Below, piece by piece: positions 57,218 through 64,000 of a stretch of 64,000 bases of DNA (positions are counted from its first letter, which is position 1; each line of letters starts with the position of its first letter). Location: the NCBI GenBank assembly GCA_015075375.1, contig JABTUM010000002.1, positions 853,393 through 917,392 of the forward strand, read 5' to 3'. The translations under genes were made by a program, and so were the position numbers. Origin of the DNA: Planctomycetota bacterium. GTDB lineage: Bacteria > Planctomycetota > SZUA-567 > H5-PLA8. Below the pieces are notes generated by a model. It did not search any database. It worked only from the letters and a program-made list of their open reading frames with translations, and was not told the origin of the DNA.

Positions 57218-58612
57218 CTAAAGGCTTCCAGAACCGAGCAGCATATGCTTAGCCCATACGGTATTGAATAGCGGGTCCGCGATAACCGTAAATTCAGCCC
57301 ACATTTTGCGGCGATATTCGGCCAGTACTTCGGCACATTCGCGATGCGCTGCCCGGTTATTCAACTCCGCGGGATCGGCCGCGAGGTCGTAAAGCTCATC
57401 TTCGTCGGTTGGATTCCAGACATACTTCCATGCGTAGTCGCGATACATGCGTTGGGAGTAAAGCCCGAACTGGCCGCCGTGATAACAGGCCAGCAGCCGT
57501 TCACGATAGGAGTGGCGGTCGTCGCCGCCCATTAGCACGGGCGCCAGCGAGCGGCCTGAATAGGTTTCGGGAACCGTCCCCGTTGCAAGTTCGGCAAAGG
57601 TGGAGGCCAAGTCCAAGGCGTTGCTCACGAATCCGTCGTATCGTTTTCCTGCGGGGGCCATACCGGGCCAGCGCGCTACCATCGGGACGCGCACAATATC
57701 GTCGTACAGGTTGCAGTGCTTATCGTACAATCCGTGTGCGCCGGCCATGTCGCCGTGATCGGTGCTGTAAATGACCAGCGTGCGTTCGGCAAGCCCCGTC
57801 TCGTCCAGGGCGCCGAGCAGTTCACCGACTTGCGCATCGATGAAGCTGACCAGACCAAGATAGCCTGCGGTCTGACGGTCCCAATAGCCGCGCCACGGCA
57901 TTCCATCGAGTTCCCAAACTTTTCGCATCTGGCGCTGCTGGCGCGGCTTTTCGCGCAATTCGTCGGGAAAATTCGGCCACGGTTCGATGCTTTCCGGCGC
58001 ATACATTTGCGCAAAAGGAGCACAAGCGTGGTAAGGAGGATGCGGCTCTTCGTAATTGATCGTCAGGAAAAAGGGCTGCTGGGCACTCGCCGCGCGCTTG
58101 AGGAAGTCCTGGCCCATCCGCGTCATGCGGGTGGCGTGCTGCTCTTCAAACGGTTCTGGGCGCTCCACCGGCAGTGTCGGCGGCATCCCGCTGTTGCCTT
58201 CGACAGGAGGCTTGAATTTCAATTTGGGCGGGTTGCCAAATTCGTCGAAACCGATATCCCCGGGGTTGAAGCGGCTCGATACGTGCCATTTGCCCAGGTG
58301 CGAGGACCGATAGCCCGCTTGGCGTAAGAGGTGGGGATACCAATCCTGCTTCAAATCCGGTTGAGCAGTCAACTCACTGACGTTGAAATTGGTGAGCCCG
58401 CCGTGATGTACGGGCCATCGTCCGCTGGCCAGTGACTGCCTGGCCGGTGCGCAGACCGGAGTATTGCAACCGGCGTGCGTAAAGGTAATCCCTTCGCGAG
58501 CGAGCCGGTCGAGGTTCGGCGTTCGAATCAACGGGTGACCGGCGTATCCGGTGCAATCGTGCCGGTGCTGATCGCTAAGGATAAACAGGATGTTGGGGCG
58601 AATGGCCGGCAT
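57218..58612 (-). CDS. Sulfatase (formylglycine-dependent arylsulfatase family).
   Basis: The sulfatase signature CAPARQSLASGR (C-x-P-x-R) is present, with ILFILSDQHR upstream. Start trimmed to the ATG at 58612. Confidence 0.85.
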   Translation of the reverse strand: MPAIRPNILFILSDQHRHDCTGYAGHPLIRTPNLDRLAREGITFTHAGCNTPVCAPARQSLASGRWPVHHGGLTNFNVSELTAQPDLKQDWYPHLLRQAGYRSSHLGKWHVSSRFNPGDIGFDEFGNPPKLKFKPPVEGNSGMPPTLPVERPEPFEEQHATRMTRMGQDFLKRAASAQQPFFLTINYEEPHPPYHACAPFAQMYAPESIEPWPNFPDELREKPRQQRQMRKVWELDGMPWRGYWDRQTAGYLGLVSFIDAQVGELLGALDETGLAERTLVIYSTDHGDMAGAHGLYDKHCNLYDDIVRVPMVARWPGMAPAGKRYDGFVSNALDLASTFAELATGTVPETYSGRSLAPVLMGGDDRHSYRERLLACYHGGQFGLYSQRMYRDYAWKYVWNPTDEDELYDLAADPAELNNRAAHRECAEVLAEYRRKMWAEFTVIADPLFNTVWAKHMLLGSGSL

Positions 58613-58632
58613 GCAAGGTTCTCGATGGTAAT

Positions 58633-59541
58633 TCAGATTTCGGGTTCGATCCACTTCACGCGCGCGGACTCGGCCAGCCCTTCGCGATAGGTCGGAAACT
58701 TAAGCGTGTAACCGAAATCGCGCTTCACCTTGGCGTTTCGGACGCGCTTATTACTCTGCTTCACCAGTTCGGCGCACGCGTCGGCTGGCGCTTTGAAATC
58801 GATCGGCGGATGCGCCACGCCCATTAGATCGGCGATGGCATTCACGTAATCGCCCCCGCGCTGCGGTTCGTCGTCCGAAAGATTGTACGCCTCCCCTACC
58901 CGGCCCTTTTCCAGAGCCAGCGCCAACAACTCGAGGAAGTCGTCGATGTAAATTCGGTTCATGACCTTGTCGGGGTCCCAGGTCAGGCGATACGTACCCG
59001 AAGCGATCTTTTCGTTGATGACGCCTTGCGGACGATAGATGGATGCAGGGCGAAAAATAACAACCGGCAAACTGCTCAGCCGATGCGCTTCCATAAGAAG
59101 GTTTTCGACGGCTACCCGAAGCTTTCCCATGGCCGAAGCCGGATCGCGCGGCGCATCTTCGTCGAGCCATTCTCCGTCGGTTTGCCCGTAAACGGCCGTG
59201 CTGCTTTCGTACACATAGCGCTTCAACGAAACGCCTTCGAGCGCCGACAAAAGATTGCGCGTTCCCTTTATATGAAGTTGCTCCAATTGCTCGGGCGAGC
59301 CCTGCATACTGCCCATAAGGTGATAGACGGTGTCGATTCCGGTGCCGATGCCACGCAGCGAATGGGGATCGAGGACATCCCCCAAGCGCGGCTCTATGCC
59401 CAAAGCCTTTAGTTTGGGCAGGTTCGCTTCTTTACGGGAAAGTCCGCGAACGGTGTGACCCATGGCGATCAGCCGCTGGGCCAACCGCCGGCCGCGATAT
59501 CCGCAACCGACGATGAGCACACTTCTGTGTGAGCTGGACAT
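58633..59541 (-). CDS. NAD-dependent epimerase/dehydratase family (extended SDR) protein.
   Basis: The Rossmann motif VLIVGCGYRGRRL and the extended-SDR middle region are present. Confidence 0.75.
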   Translation of the reverse strand: MSSSHRSVLIVGCGYRGRRLAQRLIAMGHTVRGLSRKEANLPKLKALGIEPRLGDVLDPHSLRGIGTGIDTVYHLMGSMQGSPEQLEQLHIKGTRNLLSALEGVSLKRYVYESSTAVYGQTDGEWLDEDAPRDPASAMGKLRVAVENLLMEAHRLSSLPVVIFRPASIYRPQGVINEKIASGTYRLTWDPDKVMNRIYIDDFLELLALALEKGRVGEAYNLSDDEPQRGGDYVNAIADLMGVAHPPIDFKAPADACAELVKQSNKRVRNAKVKRDFGYTLKFPTYREGLAESARVKWIEPEI

Positions 59542-59622
59542 GGGTCGTGCTCCGAAAGAGAAGAACCGCAGTTTAGCGCAGACGGAATCCGGAGCAATCG
59601 TACCTCCGGTAGTTTCCGCTGT

Positions 59623-59955
59623 TTACGTGCGAGGCGGCACTTCGCCCGGCTTTAGCTCATAGCGGCTGCCGTCGGCAAAATCGATGTCGAGGTGCTTGGC
59701 ATTTAATCGGAAAAGCTTGATCGTGTTCAGAATCGAATGTGCGGATCCGCGCTCTCGCTCGGCGCCCAACGGACCCAGCGCAAAGGCCTTGCGTTCGGTT
59801 CCGCGATGCAGGAAGGCCAGACGGGTCTGGTCGGCGAGGGTCACCAGCGCTTCGCTGAAATCAGGGTTGGTCTGCCATTCGGCAAAGGCCAGCCGCAGGT
59901 GCTCGGCGGCGGATAGGCCAAGGGGTTCCGGTGGCGGCTCATCGGGAGAAATCAT
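59623..59955 (-). CDS. Hypothetical 110-aa protein.
   Basis: It is the 3' portion of track ORF 59623..60561 from the ATG at 59955. Only the non-overlapping part is plausible, because the upstream portion lies antisense to the SDR gene. No RBS and no recognisable motif. Confidence 0.2.
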   Translation of the reverse strand: MISPDEPPPEPLGLSAAEHLRLAFAEWQTNPDFSEALVTLADQTRLAFLHRGTERKAFALGPLGAERERGSAHSILNTIKLFRLNAKHLDIDFADGSRYELKPGEVPPRT

Positions 59956-60118
59956 GAAGTTAGTGTAGCGGCAAAGCGCTGGACGACCAGGAAGCAAGCA
60001 GGAGTGGTCACGAACCTGGGCCGCCTTTTGGACCGGCGGCTTCCTGTTGTTCCTCCATGCAATGTGGATAGAAGTAACTCTAAATCGAAAAGAAACCTCA
60101 CCAGAAAAGGGGCACGCG

Positions 60119-60850
60119 ATGCGATTGCAGGGCAAGACGGCATTGATTACCGGTGGTGGATCGGGCATCGGCGCGGCATGCGCTCTTGCTTTAGCGGAAG
60201 AAGGCTGTCGCGTAGCGATTTGCGGACGGCAGGCCTCTACGCTGGCAGAGACCGCCGCTCGGCACAAAGGCGAGCCCCGTATCCTAACGCGCGTGTGCGA
60301 TGTCGCGGACCGCAAGGCCTCTCGCGAACTGGTGGCATGGGCCGAAAAGGAACTCGGACGCATCGACATCTTGCTGAACGCAGCGGGCGTGAACGTTCCC
60401 AATCGAACCTTCAAGGATATGTCTCCCGAAGACTGGGACCGCCTGCTGGCGATCAACACCACCGGCGCCTTCCACACGATTTTCTTCGCGTCGCCGGCCA
60501 TGCGCGCGCGAAAAGACGGCTTGATCGTGAACATCGGATCCACGGCCGGAAAACGCGCCAACTCGCTGGGCGGTATCGCCTACAACGCGAGCAAGTTCGC
60601 GCTGGCGGGATTGAGCACCAGCGCTTCCGACGAGTTTCGCGAAGACGGCGTACGGGTGACGACGATCCACCCGGGCGAAGTCGAGACGCCCATCTTGCGC
60701 TTCAGGGCGAAATCGCCGACGCCCGAGCATCGCGCAAAGATGATGCAGCCCGAAGATGTGGCCGCGGCGGTCCTCTTGGTCTGTACGCTCCCCGCACGCG
60801 CGAACGTGCTGGAAATGGTGATTAAGCCTACGGCTCAAGCGTTCGTCTGA
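60119..60850 (+). CDS. Short-chain dehydrogenase/reductase (classical SDR).
   Basis: ATG at 60119 with an AAAAGGGG RBS. It has TGGGSGIGAA, NAAG, and the catalytic S...YNASK. Confidence 0.85.
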   Translation: MRLQGKTALITGGGSGIGAACALALAEEGCRVAICGRQASTLAETAARHKGEPRILTRVCDVADRKASRELVAWAEKELGRIDILLNAAGVNVPNRTFKDMSPEDWDRLLAINTTGAFHTIFFASPAMRARKDGLIVNIGSTAGKRANSLGGIAYNASKFALAGLSTSASDEFREDGVRVTTIHPGEVETPILRFRAKSPTPEHRAKMMQPEDVAAAVLLVCTLPARANVLEMVIKPTAQAFV

Positions 60851-60863
60851 AGCCGCTCGGGTT

Positions 60864-61442
60864 TCACATCTGCTGCGTAATCCAGTGGGCCAGATACGCC
60901 AACCCCACCGCCGTGCTGAAGAGGACGAGCGCGCGGCCGTATTCATCCCACCACGTATAGGTGGGCAAATTCAGCCGGCTTTGGCTGATGCGCGGGGATT
61001 CCGGCTTCGCAGGCGCGGGTTCCGGCTTCTCAGTCATCCGCAGCAAAGTCAGAGGGACGGCGACCCGTACCGTGGAGTTCGGGGCTCGATTGGTGATCGC
61101 GCCAATGCCGGCTTTGGGGTCGTAACGAGCTTGGCTTCGTTGCGCTTCTTGCCGTTTCACCTCTTCGCGCTCGGCCTGGCGTTCTGAATAGATCCGCGAT
61201 GGCGCCGGGCGATCTGGATGGGCCACGGTTGCTTGGTCCTCATCATCCGATTCGCGTAACGCCTCGGCCTGGAAGCCTCGGTTAAAGCAGATCTCGCAAA
61301 CCGGCCTGCCCAGCGGATCCGGGAACCAAGCGGTATCCAGCAGGAACATCCCGCAACTCACGCATTGCGCGTCTTGATCCACGGTGCGCCGCGAACCTTT
61401 GGGCGCCGGTGGCTTGGGGATGCGCAGCAGCTCGGTGTCCAT
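60864..61442 (-). CDS. Zinc-ribbon protein with a C-terminal transmembrane anchor, hypothetical.
   Basis: It has CVSCG...CEIC Cys pairs near the N-terminus, a charged middle, and a C-terminal helix (ALVLFSTAVGLAYLAHWI). ATG at 61442. Confidence 0.4.
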   Translation of the reverse strand: MDTELLRIPKPPAPKGSRRTVDQDAQCVSCGMFLLDTAWFPDPLGRPVCEICFNRGFQAEALRESDDEDQATVAHPDRPAPSRIYSERQAEREEVKRQEAQRSQARYDPKAGIGAITNRAPNSTVRVAVPLTLLRMTEKPEPAPAKPESPRISQSRLNLPTYTWWDEYGRALVLFSTAVGLAYLAHWITQQM

Positions 61443-61632
61443 GGCTTGAACGCTCCACGAGGCCAGCCTGTGAGAATTTCCCACATGCGTTGCACCAATA
61501 AACGGTCTGCATTACCGCTCGTTCGGCCGTTCGAAATAGGGCAAGGGATATGCCAAAAAAGAAGAGCCGCCGGAAGTAATCCAGCGGCGCCTTGTGAGCA
61601 CAGTATGGAGTGATAGGTGGAAGCGCGGCCGC

Positions 61633-62715
61633 TTACACGTGCGGTGTGCGGGGCACCCGTGTGCCGGCGGTCACGATATCCCGCACGCGCGGCCCCTCGA
61701 TGAAGTCGTGGGGAAAGCCGCGTTCGATCGCCGTCGCTTCGTCGAGCCGCAGCAGGTGCTCCTGGGAAAGGGCAAATGCGAGGCTGCCTAAGTTATCTTC
61801 GAGCTGATCTACCTTGCGGGCTCCCAGGATCGGACTAACCACATTAGGTTTGGCGAGAAGCCAGTTCAGCGCGATCTGCGCGGGACTGTGGCCGGTTTCT
61901 TTCGCGATGAGCTGAACGGCTTCGGCGGCGGCGATCTTCTTCTCGGTCAAACCCAATGGACGATTGCCGCCCTTCAGTTGCTTTGGATCGAAGCCCGCTT
62001 GCTGTTGCGCGGCCAGATCGGCGCGGCTGTACTTTCCCGTGAGCACCCCGCCGCCCAGTGGCGACCACGGCAGCACCCCAATGCCCAACGCTTCTGCCAT
62101 CGGCGTCAGCTCGCGTTCGACAGTTCGCTCGATCAGACTGTACTCGATTTGCAGCGCGACGAAACGCGTCCAGCCGCGGAGTTCAGCCATGGTTTGGGAG
62201 CGAGCGATCAGCCACGCTGGCACGTCGCTGACCCCGAGGTACAGAATCTTGCCCGCACGCACCAGATCGTCGAGCGCTCGCATCACTTCATCGACGGGCG
62301 TCGTGTAATCCCAACAGTGCACCCAGTACAGGTCGATATAATCGGTCTTGAGTCTCTTCAGGCTTGCCTCCAGGGACTGAACCAAGCACTTACGGTGATT
62401 CCCGCCGCTGTTGGGATCGCCGCGCCGCATCCCCAGCGTGTACTTGGTGGCGACGACAAAGCGTTCACGCTCGGTGCCCAGAAAGTCGGCGAGAAAGGTC
62501 TCGCTGGTGCCTTGGGTGTAAAAATTGGCCGTATCGATAAAGTTTCCGCCACGCCGGGCATAGGCGTCAAAAATCTGTTTGCTCGTTTCCCGATCCGCAC
62601 CCCAGCCCCATTCGGTGCCAAACGTCATGGTGCCCAAGCAAAGCGGCGAAACGCGCAGTCCACTGCGGCCAAGCAAGCGGTAGTCGTCGAGCATTAGGGG
62701 GCCTTGAACGGGCAT
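61633..62715 (-). CDS. Aldo/keto reductase.
   Basis: The AKR fold signatures are present (LGTMTFG, GGNFIDTANFY, IDLYWVH, VLPWSPLGGGVL). ATG at 62715 with an AAGGAG RBS. Confidence 0.85.
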   Translation of the reverse strand: MPVQGPLMLDDYRLLGRSGLRVSPLCLGTMTFGTEWGWGADRETSKQIFDAYARRGGNFIDTANFYTQGTSETFLADFLGTERERFVVATKYTLGMRRGDPNSGGNHRKCLVQSLEASLKRLKTDYIDLYWVHCWDYTTPVDEVMRALDDLVRAGKILYLGVSDVPAWLIARSQTMAELRGWTRFVALQIEYSLIERTVERELTPMAEALGIGVLPWSPLGGGVLTGKYSRADLAAQQQAGFDPKQLKGGNRPLGLTEKKIAAAEAVQLIAKETGHSPAQIALNWLLAKPNVVSPILGARKVDQLEDNLGSLAFALSQEHLLRLDEATAIERGFPHDFIEGPRVRDIVTAGTRVPRTPHV

Positions 62716-62835
62716 GTCGAGCTCCTTTCGATCTGGAAAAAGCGACGTGCTCTTTGGTAACACCCGCTTCTATACAATCAAGCCGGTCGGCTTCTTCGGT
62801 TGACTTCGAGCACGCATAGTGGACGGTAGTGCGCC

Positions 62836-63501
62836 ATGCGGCAAGAAGCGATTATCTGGGCGCCGAAGCGTGCGCCGTTGCTGGAAATGGAAGCCGTCCT
62901 GCGCGAAGCTGTGCCGGGCGCCTGGTCGCGCACCAGCGCGGTGATCACGCCGCTCTTTCACGCTTCGCCCAAGTACCGCACCGCGGAGGCCGTCCCGGCG
63001 CGCCTTCGGCTCGTCACGCTCGAGAACGGCGACTACCAGCTTATCCACAATCCTCGCGATCCAAATCTCGATGAACTATTCCTCGAGTGGCCGATGATAA
63101 TGCTGTACCACCGCATCGACGAATTTTCCCCGGCGCTTGCCGATGCAGAGCGTGTTTCGGTGCTGGAATGCCACGATCTGGACACCAACTGGGAGAAAGC
63201 GGGCTGGACCACCGGCACGGCGATCGAACAGTTCGCTTCGCGCAAGAATCGTCACAAGCTGATGCTGGGCTTGCCGCCTTGGGGCTGGACCGATCGGGTC
63301 GCGCTGCAGGCCGGCCTTGAAGCGAGCGCCGCGGCGCTCGCCAAAGTCTGCGGCGGAACCTGGGAGTTTTCCGAGCGTTCCGACGGAGCCGAGAAGACGG
63401 TGGAAGCGTTCTTTTCGAAGCAGAAGCAACCCATCGACGACGACATGAGCAGGCACGGCGAGGTGCTTCTGGATGACGATACGATCTTTAAGGGCTTCTG
63501 A
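62836..63501 (+). CDS. Hypothetical protein (221 aa).
   Basis: It is a clean ORF with ATG at 62836, divergent from the AKR gene. No recognisable motif. Confidence 0.45.
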   Translation: MRQEAIIWAPKRAPLLEMEAVLREAVPGAWSRTSAVITPLFHASPKYRTAEAVPARLRLVTLENGDYQLIHNPRDPNLDELFLEWPMIMLYHRIDEFSPALADAERVSVLECHDLDTNWEKAGWTTGTAIEQFASRKNRHKLMLGLPPWGWTDRVALQAGLEASAAALAKVCGGTWEFSERSDGAEKTVEAFFSKQKQPIDDDMSRHGEVLLDDDTIFKGF

Positions 63502-63513
63502 CGCGCCGGCCCT

Positions 63514-63933
63514 TCATCCGCCTTTCAGGAATCTAATCAGCACATACAGCAAAGCTGCCACCAGCACGGCTCCGCCAATGACGGCGACCGGGTTGAGCGC
63601 CTTGCGGTGCTCCGGATCGGCTTGATCGCGCGCGCTCTGGGCCGCGGCATCGGTAAACTGCTTCGAGGGCACCATCTGCGATTCCCGGATGTACTGGTCC
63701 ATGGTGCGTTTCTTGAAGGCATCGGACCCCGAGACGCCGTCCCAATTCTGAATCACGTTTTTGAGGCCCATCAAAATGCTGGACTCGCCGGAGCACTTTT
63801 CGCAGGTGGCAAGGTGCTTTTCGACGGACGCGCGGCCGCCTTCGTCGAGTTCTTTATCGACGTAATCGCTCAGTAGGTCGCGGCACTCTTCGCAACTGAT
63901 CTCGCGCGCCCCCGCGCTCGTTTCGGTACTCAT
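63514..63933 (-). CDS. Anti-sigma factor, zf-HC2 type, with a C-terminal transmembrane helix.
   Basis: The N-terminal zf-HC2 pattern reads CEECRDLLSDYVDKELDE...HLATCEKC. The C-terminal helix is VIGGAVLVAALLYVLI. Confidence 0.6.
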   Translation of the reverse strand: MSTETSAGAREISCEECRDLLSDYVDKELDEGGRASVEKHLATCEKCSGESSILMGLKNVIQNWDGVSGSDAFKKRTMDQYIRESQMVPSKQFTDAAAQSARDQADPEHRKALNPVAVIGGAVLVAALLYVLIRFLKGG

Positions 63934-64000
63934 CGGAGATCCGGCTCCTCATGGCCTGCCGCGGCTCCCCCGCCCCGGCAAGCGCCCCGAAAGTTCTTCT

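Noticed and set aside
61550-61579. A 9-codon basic ORF (MPKKKSRRK) with an AAGGGA-like RBS in the zinc-ribbon/AKR intergenic region.
   Set aside because: It is too short, has no functional context, and is probably fortuitous.
63930-64000. A possible 3' end of an ECF sigma gene overlapping the anti-sigma ATG (ATGA overlap).
   Set aside because: The in-frame translation (...KNFRGACRGGGGAAAGHEEPDLR*) is Gly-rich and does not resemble a sigma region-4 C-terminus. The window also ends here, so I did not call it.

Overview
This is a high-GC (about 65-70%) bacterial chromosomal window with dense coding on both strands. The gene content (sulfatase, GH127, FG-GAP/ASPIC, Kelch and LVIVD propellers, STN domains, ECF sigma/FecR) suggests a Planctomycetes-, Acidobacteria- or Verrucomicrobia-like organism.

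Main contents:
- Housekeeping genes: argH, class-I DAHP synthase, folC, kdsA, a sirtuin deacetylase and an ABC-F ATPase.
- A c-type cytochrome island at 5.8-24.6 kb, described below.
- Signalling genes: a hybrid PAS histidine kinase/response regulator and a 1294-aa transmembrane Ser/Thr kinase.
- A lower-GC islet with a Rieske ferredoxin, an amidohydrolase-2 gene and a GntR regulator.
- An ECF sigma/FecR/STN-domain protein operon, a DUF58-TgpA-MoxR operon, and a carbohydrate block (GT39, GH127, AraC, sulfatase, epimerase, SDR, AKR).
- No rRNA, tRNA, CRISPR array or mobile element was recognised.

The cytochrome island carries, in order:
- An outer-membrane beta-barrel gene in an operon with a decaheme lipoprotein fused to an LVIVD beta-propeller.
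- A secreted tandem-DUF336 heme-binding protein.
- System-II cytochrome c biogenesis genes ccsB and ccsA; CcsA has a His-rich N-terminal extension.
- A further operon with a His-containing polytopic membrane protein, a decaheme cytochrome and a tetraheme cytochrome. Both cytochromes end in AKTE-repeat linkers and a double zinc ribbon.

The most notable non-coding feature is in the 5' leader of the DAHP synthase gene. A sigma70-like promoter is followed by a 25-codon uORF encoding F-Y-F-G-Y-S-Y-F-G-W, then a canonical intrinsic terminator just before the RBS. This is a classic leader-peptide attenuator architecture. A 26-aa Arg/Lys-rich uORF sits similarly upstream of argH.

All calls are from reading the sequence and the translated ORF track; no database searches were run. 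At about 5520 the sequence as I read it differs by one base from what the ORF-track translations imply, so coordinates there are taken from the ORF track.
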